From Laetmonice hystrix (taxonomy: Eukaryota): DNA of 64,000 nt. Location of the stretch: assembly GCA_965235115.1 (NCBI GenBank), contig OZ249437.1, forward strand, positions 42,284,001-42,348,000, written 5' to 3'. The translations under genes were made by a program, and so were the position numbers. Of this stretch, positions 1 through 12,483 are shown in pieces (within the stretch, counting starts at the first letter, position 1; every line of letters begins with the position of its first letter). The notes under the pieces were generated by a model. It had not been told where the DNA came from. It saw nothing but the letters and a program-made list of their open reading frames with translations, and did not search any database.

Positions 1-1227
1 GGTGATATCCTCTGGTTGATCATGACCTCAGTCAGCACTAGGTGATATCCTCTGGTTGATCATGACCTCAGTCAGCACCAGGTGATATCCTCTGGTTGAT
101 CATGACCTCAGTCAGTACTAGGTGATATCCTCTGGTTGATCATGACCTCAGTCAGGACCAGGTGATATCCTCTGGTTGATCATGACCTCAGTCAGCACCA
201 GGTGATATCCTCTGGTTGATCATGACCTCAGTCAGCACTAGGTGGTATCATCTGGTTGATCATGACCTCAGTCAGTACTAGGTAATATCCTCTGGTTGAT
301 CATGACCTCAGTCAGCACCAGGTGATATCCTCTGGTTGATCATGACCTCAGTCAGCACGAGGTGATATCCTCTGGTTGATCATGACCTCAGTCAGCACGA
401 GGTGATATCCTCTGGTTGATCATGACCTCAGTCAGCACGAGGTGATATCCTCTGGTTGATCATGACCTCAGTCAGCACTAGGTGATATTCTCTGGTTGAT
501 CATGACCTCAGGCAGCACCAGGTGATATCCTCTGGTTGATCATGACCTCAGTCAGCACCAGGTGATATCCTCTGGTTGATCATGACCTCAGTCAGCACGA
601 GGTGATATCCTCTGGTTGATCATGACCTCAGTCAGCACTAGGTGATATTCTCTGGTTGATCATGACCTCAGGCAGCACCAGGTGATATCCTCTGGTTGAT
701 CATGACCTCAGTCAGCACCAGGTGATATCCTCTGGTTGATCATGACCTCAGTCAGCACCAGGTGATATCCTCCGGTTGATCATGACCTCAGTCAGCACCA
801 GGTGATATCCTCTGGTTGATCATGACCTCAGTCAGCAGTATGTGATATCCTCTGGTTGATCCTGACCTCAGTCAGGACTGGGTGATATCATATGGTTGAT
901 CATGACCTCAGTCAGTACCAGGTGATATCCTCTGGTTGATCATGACCTCAGGCAGCACTAGGTGAAATCCTCTGGTTGATCATGATCTCAGTCAGTACTA
1001 GGTGATATCCTCTGGTTGATCATGACCTCAGTCAGCACTAGGTGATATCCTCTGGTTGATCATGATCTCAGTCAGCACTAGGTGGTATCATCTGGTTGAT
1101 CATGACTTCAGTCAGTACTAGGTGATATCCTCTGGTTGATCATGACCTCAGTCAGCACCAGGTGATATCCTCTGGTTGATCATGACCTCAGTCAGCACTA
1201 GGGGATATCCTCTGGTTGATCATGACC
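1..1227. repeat. Minisatellite, 40-bp unit, about 31 copies, truncated by window start
   Basis: Unit ggtgatatcctctggttgatcatgacctcagtcagcac(t/c)a recurs every 40 bp with few substitutions and no spacers. Confidence 0.98.
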
Positions 1228-1229
1228 AG

Positions 1230-1269
1230 GTACAGAGGGAGTGGGGGCGGGCGCTTCGAGTGGCGCACG
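1230..1269 (+). CDS. Candidate 40-nt internal exon, product unknown (all three frames open, e.g. YRGSGGGRFEWRT)
   Basis: GC-rich segment bounded by catgaccag at the end of the 40-bp array and a gtaagc donor at 1270; no recognisable domain. Confidence 0.25.
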
Positions 1270-2585
1270 GTAAGCGATACACTGTAGCATCTGCTCTTTA
1301 TCTCAAGTTCCAAAAAGTGACTGCAGATAGGAAATATCTTCTTATCTGCAGTTGTGCTTCATTTACGCAATGAAGAGTCGGAAGGCAAGGCATGCGATGG
1401 CGGAGCTGTGTAATATTTGACAACCAACCGGGAGTTTATAATCCGTGTTATCGGTCGTTATCAATCAAGAGGTTCTCTCCTGATACCAGTAGTGACTGGG
1501 CAGGTGATGGATTGGTCCCCAAGCTGTGCTCACATTACTGATCCTCATCAACCGACACTGGACTAACAGAAAAGGAATGTTGTGTCCGTGTCAAGTACCA
1601 TCATCTCGTCTTGAAGGAGTCGTCAGTCACAGCAGATTCAAAATACTACTAGTATTTCAATGGCAGGACAAATTAGTGATGAGAATAATAACCTCCTATT
1701 GAATTAAGTTGTTCTGATCGTTGTAGAAAGGCAAAGATGACGCCAACCCTCCACAACTGACTGTAGTTATAAACAACGTCTTTCGTCTAGAAAAGTTTGG
1801 TATTGGTATTGGTAATATATACCAAATATTGGTAGCTTATCTTTAATCGGTGTTCTTATAACTTAAAAAGAGCCCGATGTTCTGACATGCTTAATAATGT
1901 CCCCCGAAGTCACAGACACTCGGATATGTAATCATCAAAACATATAGGATGCATTCCAGTCATGTATGCTATGATCCATAGCAAAATAAGCCAATGATCC
2001 AAACGGATAGACAAGATGCTGCAAATGCTTTTATTTCTGATTCGGGAAGATTGAGGTGAGCTCATCTTGAGCTTTATCTCCGGGAGGGACCCATTAGAGT
2101 CACGTCCGGAAGACATCCCAAGCCTTTCAACCAAAAGGAAAAGATGATCATCTTTGAGAGATTGAGGCTGATGAAAGGAGACGGGCAATCCGTCTCAGTA
2201 ATGTTCATGACAGCGTTGAAAGAAGATTCAAAGTAACTGGTAATACCCATCAGATATCAGAACTCCAATTCTATAGGATTCAATGGATCGGGTCTCTGGT
2301 CGGTACATTTCAATCAGTTATACATGTACATGTATTTAAACGGGGATATGTTCTCAATCTCCCCAATCAATAAAGTGCAGAAGCAGGTGTAAATAGTGTT
2401 TAATACACTAACACTCGTGAAGTGAAGTTTCTCCCATACCAAACCGTTTAGTTGCCAGAACTCGTGGCATGTGATGTTATCATGAATACCCTGACGACTT
2501 CCGTACTGGCGAATGTTGCGTAAGGACATTGTTAAAACCCCTTCTCACTCAGAACAATGGACGAAAAAATGAAATCTATACTTAC

Positions 2586-2681
2586 TCAGGGACCTTTAAT
2601 GTTCGGCTTCATGAAGATCTGATAGTCAGTAGACGCCCCAATATTCTCTTCTAAATCAGGCCATTTGAGAGCCGTCCAGAT
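2586..2681 (-). other. Exon-like 96-nt segment (IWTALKWPDLEENIGASTDYQIFMKPNIKGP*) ending in TGA flush with the donor
   Basis: Minus strand ttatttttcag acceptor and gtaagt donor; the other two frames have early stops. Confidence 0.25.
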
Positions 2682-4415
2682 CTGAAAAATAACACATTCA
2701 ATAGTAATCATCATTTCCCAACGTGCAATTTATATGTAGCTTCCTTAGAGTGGTTTAAAAAAAACATAATCTCTTGGTTGAAATATCGGCGGCATTGTCC
2801 TTATTGCTTCACGTCTCTGAGAACGTCCAACAATCTGTTTTGACATGCGTGGCGGCAAGATGACCAAAGATTGAGAATCCAGAATAAAAAGGTTCAATGA
2901 AAACCACGCCCACTTCACGGCTCAGCGAGAAATCGGGAGGAGACAGAGGAAAATACATTTTTCTCTCGTACAGACTTTGATCATCTCGCTCAATAATTCC
3001 TTGTCGTTCCGGCCTGATCAAATAAGGCAGAGTAATATTGGCAGTGGTTGCCGACTTGCTGTGTCTACCAGAGCCTGTTTGACTTAGCTCTCCACAGAAT
3101 CCGCCTTGTCATGGATGGACACCACAAGCTCCTTAGCTTACATTGACAATCGCTGCCTATGTTTGAGGGGGTTTCTCGCATATAGACGCTCCATGTCTAA
3201 CCAGTAAAACCAAAACCTACTTGAAGAAACACAATTTTCTCACAATCCCCGTGTTTCTGACCGACACTATATTTTATATCGGACAATATCAAATGTGTAT
3301 GTATGACGCTGAAAGTGTATACGTTTGTGATTATCGAACAACCACAGCGGGAAAATGGCGTCTGTTTGGTATATATTACCAGAAAGAAATACTGGATTCC
3401 ATAGATCTATACTCAGGTTGACTACCGGATAGCAGGTTCAGCTAACTCCAACCGGAAATACTTAGAACTGTCCATTCAAGCATACTGATTGGGATGTTAT
3501 GGGCTGAATTGTGCATGTTGCGAAAAGGTGTCCCTATATATGACGAAAACAGTCCCATATCTGAAATTAAATATTATATCTCTTTGCCCAACTTGGTTTT
3601 TAGTTTTCTAAATCAGCCACAAAATACGACTAAAAATATGCATGCCGTGGTCTGCGATTGACTTATGTCGATCATTCAGTATTCCTGCCGGCAAGACTTC
3701 GTTACTTCTCATTATAGTTCCACGAGGAAACCATGGCCTCTAAAAGGTAGCAACTTTACTTTCTGATCCAGTTCAAGACTCAAGGTTAGTGGTCCTTTGC
3801 CCAAGACAAAACCTAAGTTTGTTTTTTGAGGTGTCATAATTAGGGTTTCCCTGGCTCAGTACAGATATCGTCTTGTAAACATGTATGCCCTCACTTTTAT
3901 CAGCCATCCTACCTTAGAATCCCTTTGCTACTTTATTTAACTTTCGAGAACACAAAACTACAAGAGGCATCAAAAACATACAACTCAGTGAGAGCTGACT
4001 GTCACTGACACTGGAGGCGAAAGGCCTTTCTAAAACATCACTTCCTCTTGTTCATGATTCCTTTTTCCACATACACAAAAAATCGTATTCAGCCCCAAGT
4101 TTTCCATTACGTTTTGGACCATACATTATTCAAGACAAAGTCCAGTTTACACCAAAGTATGAGAATTATCAAAGTAAACAGAAGGCTAAATAAAGTATCC
4201 CCACAAATGTCCTCCCTGACATAACATATGAGTCGCTTGTTATTATATATATTTACAACGTATATCTACTTGACCTTAGCACACGGCCTATGGGTATGAA
4301 AGAGTCGGCAATGATATATCAGCCTGCCATGTTATTTCTGAAGGTCGGTGCTTCTCAGTGCAACCAATGAGACTTGTTGGTGTAACAGGTGCGTGAGTGA
4401 AAGTAAATTAAATCT

Positions 4416-4546
4416 NNNNNNNNNNNNNNNNNNNNNNNNNNNNNNNNNNNNNNNNNNNNNNNNNNNNNNNNNNNNNNNNNNNNNNNNNNNNNNNNNNNNN
4501 NNNNNNNNNNNNNNNNNNNNNNNNNNNNNNNNNNNNNNNNNNNNNN
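4416..4546. other. Assembly gap (131 N), probably a collapsed 56-bp tandem repeat
   Basis: Run of N; ctagcaccctttcgttgatgtca occurs at 4547 and 4603 just after the gap, and the left edge ends in aaatct, the sequence that precedes the second copy. Confidence 0.9.
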
Positions 4547-6624
4547 CTAGCACCCTTTCGTTGATGTCAAGAGAGAGAGGGGAGGGAAGTTTTCACTGAA
4601 ATCTAGCACCCTTTCGTTGATGTCAGGCCAGGTCCCTTAATGGAATTTACAGCTATGAACACACTGGCAGTCAGTTTGTTAGCCTGCCCTCACGGCCCAG
4701 CGGACCATGTCGAGGCCACTTCAGCCCACGAACATCCCTCGCTGGCAACCACTTCTAAAACATATACAACTGGCCGCTGCCATTATCTGGCCGTTGGGAG
4801 TACATGTTCCAGGACACAGGCTGACAGCCATGGGCATTCTCCGACACTAACTCCTCATACTCCTCACTACAACGAGGTGCAAAAAGCCCTAACCCCTCAC
4901 ACATCAACAAATAAACATGGGTGTATTTGGTGCGTGGTTGTGTGTGTGGCGGGGTGGCGTAGATGTGGGGCGGGTTCACAGATGTGGAATGGGTTCACAG
5001 TCGCCGCTGTTGTCACTGATGAAGAGATGATAACAACTCGAGTGTACGTCTGTCCAGTTACCTACACCCTAACGCCCCTCCTTCTCCCGCCGCTGTTTGC
5101 CCCCGGCTCAAGTTTTTAGGTCAAGAAAGGCCAACGCCATAGCTTTACCGTTTACCGCTTATTTGCTCTGCAAACATTTCAAATCGCCAAGTAATGGGGA
5201 GTTCTTTTGTATTTCGGCTTGATTCGCACGAGAATATCACAAAATACAAACTGAAAAGACATACGTCAAGAAAGATGACAGGCATATTGGAAAACATTCC
5301 GATGTTTTTGGCCTGCTCCGCTCAGCAAGGGCCCTGTCTCCTCATATATCACAAAGCACGTGTGATTTGACCCGCTATATTCCTTTTACAGCCTCCCGAA
5401 TAACTGTCGTCACCTTCAGTCACTCAATGTGATTTGTAATGCACGTCCGTAAAAAACCCACCGTGTATTTTATACAGATGACCACAGAGAAGGTGATTTG
5501 TGTAGTTTGTGGCATGCTCAGCCCGTGTAGCTGTTTTCTGTCAGTGGCTCCAACCAATATGTAGTCCTCCCACCCCGAGCAGCGCGGCGCCGTGTATTCG
5601 GTAAGTTGGTGTTCCTGGCCGCACCGTGTTTGCCAGAGGAACATCTTGTAAACACCATCAGAAAGTCATTCCTCTCTGTCTCATCGTCATGCCCACGTGC
5701 CGTGTGATGGCACTACAGATACCAGATATCTTACCTTGGTCTGCTAACATTCATTATCAGCGTGTTACCAACCTGATATCTTGTTGTTCCTGTTGCTCAC
5801 TCTGGGTAGATTATATCCATCCTATGGGCCAACTATCTCCTATAGACTCCGTGAGCAGCGCCAGCCTACACCCCGGCAAATACGGACTTTTTCAAGTTCG
5901 CCACCACCGGGGAGTCTTGACACCCTCGCTCGGCGGAAGAGTCCATCGCCGCCTGAGAGGGCTCTGACGGGGGGCGAAGGATGCTATCAAAGCTCATATC
6001 AGTGAACGCACTTAATTTCTTACTTATTCACTTTTTATGCACATCACACGTCCCGTGTGATGTATTGCATAGATTCCGTGTGCACTAACAGCAGGGAACG
6101 TGTGCACTAACAGCAAGCAACGTTTGCCAAGGCACCTTGGTGGTTTATCATCCCTTGTAATGACGCACGCAAGGGGAATCGTTACTTTATGGGGAATGAA
6201 TAGCTGAACCGACGCAATTAAATCTCCCTCACAGTCGCAATAGGTACAGGACAGGGGACTTTGAATTATTTGATTCGTCGGGTAATCTTTCTTTTATGTA
6301 AGGTGGAATGTACGAGAGTTTGAGAAAACAATCCCGAGAGTACTGACAGCTTCCAAATAATTACAAGGTTTCCATATTGTATATTGTAGATACAGACGTT
6401 TACAACCGCCTTTCTCTAAATTGAATTCCCTCACGAAATTACGCTGAAAACTAATAAAAGAATTTAAAGAGTTAGGTTATTTTTTTCTTAGAGAAGTTTA
6501 ACAAACATGGGAGGTATAGAGGGAGGGAATGTGATACGGCCTGGTGAACTTTGACCCCGTCAGGTCTCAAACGCTCACACCTCCGATAACACTGTTTGAG
6601 ATGATAGCGGGGACACAGAAAGTA

Positions 6625-8021
6625 ATCGAACCATTCAATCCTGCTGATTCATGAGCGCTGGCCTTTAACGGCTCACACCCATCGAACCATTCATTCCTGC
6701 TGATTCCTGAGCGCTGGCCTTTCACGGCTCACACCCATCGAACAATTCATTCCTGCTGATTCATGAGCGCTGGCCTTTCACGACTCACACCTATCGAACC
6801 ATTTAATCCTGCTGATTCCTGAGCGCTGGCCTTTCACGGCTCACAGCCATCGAACCATTCAATCCTGCTGATTCCTGAGCGTTGGCCTTTCACGGCTCAC
6901 ACCCATCGAACCATTCAATCCTGCTGATTCCTGAGCGCTGGCCTTTCACGGCTCACACCTATCGAACCATTTAATCCTGCTGATTCCTGAGCGCTGGCCT
7001 TTCACGGCTCACAGCCATCAAACCATTCATCCCTGCTGATTCCTGAGCGTTGGCCTTTCACGGCTCACACCCATCGAACCATTCATTCCTGCTGATTCAT
7101 GAGCGCTGGCCTTTCACGGCTCACACCCATCGAACCATTCATTCCTGCTGATTCCTGAGCGCCGGCCTTTCACGGCTCACACCCATCGAACCATTCAATC
7201 CTGCTGATTCCTGAGCGCTGGCCTTTCACGGCTCACACCCATCGAACCATTCAATCCTGCTGATTCCTGAGCGCTGGCCTTCCACGGCTCACACCCATCG
7301 AACCATTCATTCCTGCTGATTCCTGAGCGCTGGCCTTTCACGGCTCACACCCATCGAACCATTCATTCCTGCTGATTCCTGAGCGCTGGCCTTTCACGGC
7401 TGACCCCCATCGAACCATTCAATCCTGCTGATTCATGAGCGCTGGCCTTTCACGGCTCACACCTATCGAACCATTTAATCCTGCTGATTCCTGAGCGCTG
7501 GCCTTTCACGGCTCACAGCCATCAAACCATTCATCCCTGCTGATTCCTGAGCGTTGGCCTTTCACGGCTCACACCCATCGAACCATTCATTCCTGCTGAT
7601 TCATGAGCGCTGGCCTTTCACGGCTCACAGCGATCGAACCAATCATTCCTGCTGATTCCTGAGCGCTGGCCTTTCACGGCTCACACCCATCGAACCATTC
7701 ATTCCTGCTGATTCCTGAGCGCCGGCCTTTCACGGCTCACACCCATCGAACCATTCAATCCTGCTGATTCCTGAGCGCTGGCCTTTCACGGCTCACACCC
7801 ATCGAACCATTCAATCCTGCTGATTCCTGAGCGCTGGCCTTCCACGGCTCACACCCATCGAACCATTCATTCCTGCTGATTCCTGAGCGCTGGCCTTTCA
7901 CGGCTCACACCCATCGAACCATTCATTCCTGCTGATTCCTGAGCGCTGGCCTTTCACGGCTGACCCCCATCGAACCATTCAATCCTGCTGATTCATGAGC
8001 GCTGGCCTTTCACGGCTCACA
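6625..8021. repeat. Minisatellite, 56-bp unit, about 25 copies
   Basis: Unit atcgaaccattcaatcctgctgattcctgagcgctggcctttcacggctcacaccc; period confirmed at 7185 and 7241. Confidence 0.98.
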
Positions 8022-8272
8022 GCAGAGCTCACCCTGAGGAGCGGTGCGGTTTGTTAACGTCATTAGATTTCTATTCTTCAGTGAAAACACAATTATTGGC
8101 CTGCGATTCTATGCATGCATTGGTGGGGTTCATTATTTTGTCAACACCTCAGTGATGTGAAAAATATCAGAAGCAACAAACGTGATAGAAACTACGACTG
8201 GTCCTGTCCGACAGACGTGATAAAAGCTGGCTGGAGGTTCCATCAGAGCTCGTGTTCACGGGACAACCGTTT

Positions 8273-10249
8273 GGTCTGAGACAAGACATGAAGAGAAGGT
8301 ACAGTGCCACGTGATCACCCATCACACCACTGAGGTTCAGTGTATACCGTGGTCTGAGACAAGACATGAAGTGAAGGTACAGTACTACGTGATCACCCAT
8401 TCTCTCACACCACAGAGGTTCAGTGTATACCGTTGTCTGAGACAAGACATGAAGTGAAGGTACAGTACTACGTGATCACCCATTCTGTCACACCACAGAG
8501 GTTCAGTGTATACCGTGGTCTGAGATAAGACATGAAGAGAAGGTACAGTACTACGTGATCACCCATTCTCTCACACCACAGAGGTTCAGTGTATACCGTG
8601 GTCTGAGACAAGACATGAAGTGAAGGTACAGTACTACGTGATCACCCATTCTCTCACACCACTGAGGTTCAGTGTATACCGTGGTCTGAGATAAGACATG
8701 AAGTGAAGGTACAGTACTACGTGATCACCCATTCTCTCACCACAGAGGTTCAGTGTATACCGTGGTCTGAGATAAGACATGAAGTGAAGGTACAGTACTA
8801 CGTGATCACCCATTCTCTCACACCACAGAGGTTCAGTGTATACCGTGGTCTGAGACAAGACATGAAGTGAAGGTACAGTACTACGTGATCACCCATTCTC
8901 TCACACCACAGAGGTTCAGTGTATACCGTGGTCTGAGACAAGACATGAAGTGAAGGTACAGTACTACGTGATCACCCATTCTCTCACACCACAGAGGTTC
9001 AGTGTATACCGTGGTCTGAGATAAGACATGAAGTGAAGGTACAGTACTACGTGATCACCCATTCTCTCACACCACAGAGGTTCAGTGTATACCGTGGTCT
9101 GAGATAAGACATGAAGTGAAGGTACAGTACTACGTGATCACCCATTCTCTCACACCACAGAGGTTCAGTGTATACCGTGGTCTGAGATAAGACATGAAGT
9201 GAAGGTACAGTACTACGTGATCACCCATTCTCTCACACCACAGAGGTTCAGTGTATACCGTGGTCTGAGACAAGACATGAAGTGAAGGTACAGTACTACG
9301 TGATCACCCATTCTCTCACACCACAGAGGTTCAGTGTATACCGTGGTCTGAGACAAGACATGAAGTGAAGGTACAGTACTACGTGATCACCCATTCTCTC
9401 ACCACAGAGGTTCAGTGTATACCGTGGTCTGAGACAAGACATGAAGTGAAGGTACAGTACTACGTGATCACCCATTCTCTCACACCACAGAGGTTCAGTG
9501 TATACCGTGGTCTGAGATAAGACATGAAGAGAAGGTACAGTGCTATATGATCACCCATTCTCACACCACAGAGGTTCAGTGTATACCGTGGTCTGAGACA
9601 AGACATGAAGTGAAGATACAGTACTACGTGATCACCCATTCTCTCACACCACAGAGGTTCAGTGTATACCGTGGTCTGAGACAAGACATGAAGTGAAGGT
9701 ACAGTACTACGTGATCACCCATTCTCTCACACCACAGAGGTTCAGTGTATACCGTGGTCTGAGACAAGACATGAAGTGAAGGTACAGTACTACGTGATCA
9801 CCCATTCTCTCACCACAGAGGTTCAGTGTATACCGTGGTCTGAGATAAGACATGAAGTGAAGATACAGTACTACGTGATCACCCATTCTCTCACCACAGA
9901 GGTTCAGTGTATACCGTGGTCTGAGACAAGACATGAAGTGAAGGTACAGTACTACGTGATCACCCATTCTCTCACCACAGAGGTTCAGTGTATACCGTGG
10001 TCTGAGACAAGACATGAAGTGAAGGTACAGTACTACGTGATCACCCATTCTCTCACACCACAGAGGTTCAGTGTATACCGTGGTCTGAGACAAGACATGA
10101 AGTGAAGGTACAGTACTACGTGATCACCCATTCTCTCACACCACAGAGGTTCAGTGTATACCGTGGTCTGAGACAAGACATGAAGTGAAGATACAGTACT
10201 ACGTGATCACCCATTCTCTCACACCACAGAGGTTCAGTGTATACCGTGG
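8273..10249. repeat. Minisatellite, 83-bp unit (81-bp variants), about 24 copies
   Basis: Unit ggtctgagacaagacatgaagtgaaggtacagtactacgtgatcacccattctctcacaccacagaggttcagtgtataccgt; explains the repeated MSQTTVYTEPLW ORFs. Confidence 0.98.
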
Positions 10250-10970
10250 CTGAAAGGTCCAGGTGAAAAGATTTCCAATCATTCCCGTAGACTATTTTTG
10301 AAAACTACCAATTACTCTAAAAATAATTACTGTAAAAAAATGACCAATTACTCTAAAAATAAGTTATACTGCACACGCTGGGTCCTGGGGCTACCATTCC
10401 CCCCAGATTTGCCAGTCCAGAACCATGCCAGTGTATTGCAGCTTTCCTCTTACCAGATAGTTTGTTTTAACTAGATCTTGAATAATCCTCCCGCATCCCA
10501 ATGGGTACGAAGTTAGATATACCGGCTTGGCGTAACTCTTATTACGTGCATAAGTTACATTATTATAACCGTAACCAGGCGCGAGTGCAGGATTTCTTTT
10601 CGCAGGGGAGAGGTTGGCGATGTGGCAGTCCCCCCCACCCCCACCCCCCAACCCGGGACACCTAACCCTAATGACCCTAACTGCTGTTACAAATCTGTGA
10701 ATTAATCAAATAACGACTACATACTGTACATGTACAACATTATATTTGATTCCTTCAAGTTGCTCAAGGCATCATCAGGAGGTTTTTATCACTTCATCTA
10801 AAAATGGTTACCTAATGATTTTGAGGGTAATGATCCGTATCCTGGAAAAATTTTAGGTACGGAATTTTACTCATTTTACCCTCTGGCGGAAACCCTGCTG
10901 GTGTCCACTATAAAAGTGGCGCTCTCGCCAGTTCATGGTCCCGGCCACCTAGTGTCGTATTTGATAACTA

Positions 10971-11354
10971 AGACTGAAGGAGGACAGTGCCCTATGTTAT
11001 AGCATAAGACCTGAAGACAGCACGGCCTCCGTGCCCTCCTACCAGACTGAAGGAGGACAGTGCCCTATGTTATAGCATAAGACCTGAAGACAGCACGGCC
11101 TCCGTGCCCTCCTACCAGACTGAAGGAGGACAGTGCCCTATGTTATAGCATAAGACCTGAAGACAGCACGGCCTCCGTGCCCTCCTACCAGACTGAAGGA
11201 GGACAGTGCCCTATGTTATAGCATAAGACCTGAAGACAGCACGGCCTCCGTGCCCTCCTACCAGACTGAAGCCAGCACGGCCTCCGTGCCCTCCTACCAG
11301 ACTGAAGACAGTATGGCCTCCCTTCCCTCCTACCAGACTGAAGGAGGACAGTGC
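10971..11354. repeat. Minisatellite, 73-bp unit, 4 full copies plus partial units
   Basis: Unit agactgaaggaggacagtgccctatgttatagcataagacctgaagacagcacggcctccgtgccctcctacc; starts at 10971 and 11044. Confidence 0.95.
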
Positions 11355-11959
11355 GGCTTTAAAACTTCAAACAATCGGACGAAACGTTTATGAACAAAAC
11401 CAGTTTTTGTAAAACAAATGGAGATCTGAGAGTATTGAGCCGGGCACTGTGGGACGGACAGCAGGACATGGTGTCACATATTGTAGTTTCACTACCACAG
11501 CGTGTTGTATGATGAATGGTCCAACATCCCGAGAGACTGCTGACCTTATGTTATATCTCTTTTTTAGGGAAGCAACAGTCGTTTCAGCCGTGGTGCAAGT
11601 CAAGTGTGTACACGTTTGAACATTCCAACAAAAGGTTGCACGCATTTGCTGCCTCTGACTGTACAACCACTTAACCTTGATTCGCATCTGGACAGGTCCT
11701 CCTGCTATTTGTTCATACTGTCAGCAGGAGGGGATGTCTCACGCTGGGCCGGCATGGGGGCAGAAAAATACAAATATTCTTTGAAGGAAACGAGTACCAG
11801 CTGTCAGTTTTCGAAGGCAGATAGCCAAATCTAGAGGCCCTTAAAGTCACACCTCAAGGGTCATTCCTGTCTTTGCCTGTAGAGATCTATAGAAACTTCT
11901 ATAGACATGTTTCTCCCTGGTATTTCCAATTTGTCATCCGGCCAAAGTATCGGTGAAAG

Positions 11960-12170
11960 CATGTGGCATGGCAGAGGAATCTTTCCCAGTGACAGGATAC
12001 TTGGATGGACGTCCATCTACCGTGAGACATGTATGATAGCTAGTTCTAAATGCCTGGGAATATGGCATGCTTTTATTTACATGATAGTGGAACAGTCTGT
12101 GTGGTCGGCAGCAGATGCCTGAATCAACAAACCAACACGTTGGAGATAACCGTTCTCTACCCGAGGGTGC
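11960..12170 (-). mobile_element. Decayed Penelope-like retroelement RT fragment
   Basis: Minus-strand translation NKSMPYSQAFR (12044-12074) matches the KSIPYSQALR motif of Penelope RT C-termini; frameshifted ISNVLV and HTDCST upstream resemble FLDVLV and KPTDxHxYL in the expected order; motif recall only, no alignment run. Confidence 0.5.
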
Positions 12171-12326
12171 GTCCGTCTGCACTGACTTTTTTCTTCTTCT
12201 TTCGATATTTTGATGGCAAAGCCATGTTTTCCTTACATCCACATCCATCGTAAAGTGGGCCTATCAAACTCTGGGGGTGGCATTTGTGCTTGCATAAAAA
12301 ATAAACATTTTCGTCTATAAACTCAC

Positions 12327-12377
12327 CGTCCGCGCCAGGTTTCTTACATCGAGATATGTAATCTCTTGGTTTTCAGG
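12327..12377 (-). CDS. Candidate 51-nt phase 0-0 exon (PENQEITYLDVRNLART), product unknown
   Basis: Acceptor gatatttaccag supplied by the 27-bp array, gtgagt donor at 12326; only the phase-0 frame is open. Confidence 0.3.
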
Positions 12378-12483
12378 CTGGTAAATATCATACAAGGCCA
12401 GTGGCTGGTAAATATCATACAAGGCCAGTGGCTGGTAAATATCATACAAGGCCAGTGGCTGGTAAATATCATACAAGGCCAGT
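12376..12483. repeat. Tandem repeat, 27-bp unit, 4 copies
   Basis: ggctggtaaatatcatacaaggccagt x4. Confidence 0.95.

Noticed and set aside
4640-5119. 159-aa plus-strand ORF
   Set aside because: Low-complexity H/T/P composition, no domain and no convincing splice context
6509-6524. 16-bp exact match gggaggtatagaggga with 63090-63105
   Set aside because: One 16-mer match within 64 kb is near chance expectation and the flanks do not align
8167-10105. Repeated ORFs in this array and likewise at 23926-24353, 29150-30009, 30197-30851, 37538-38454, 40202-40423 and 45009-45712
   Set aside because: They are translations of tandem arrays whose unit lengths mostly are not multiples of 3, or whose frames switch; no evidence of coding
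10661-10681. Telomere-like cctaaccctaatgaccctaac
   Set aside because: Only about three degenerate units; such words are common at repeat ends
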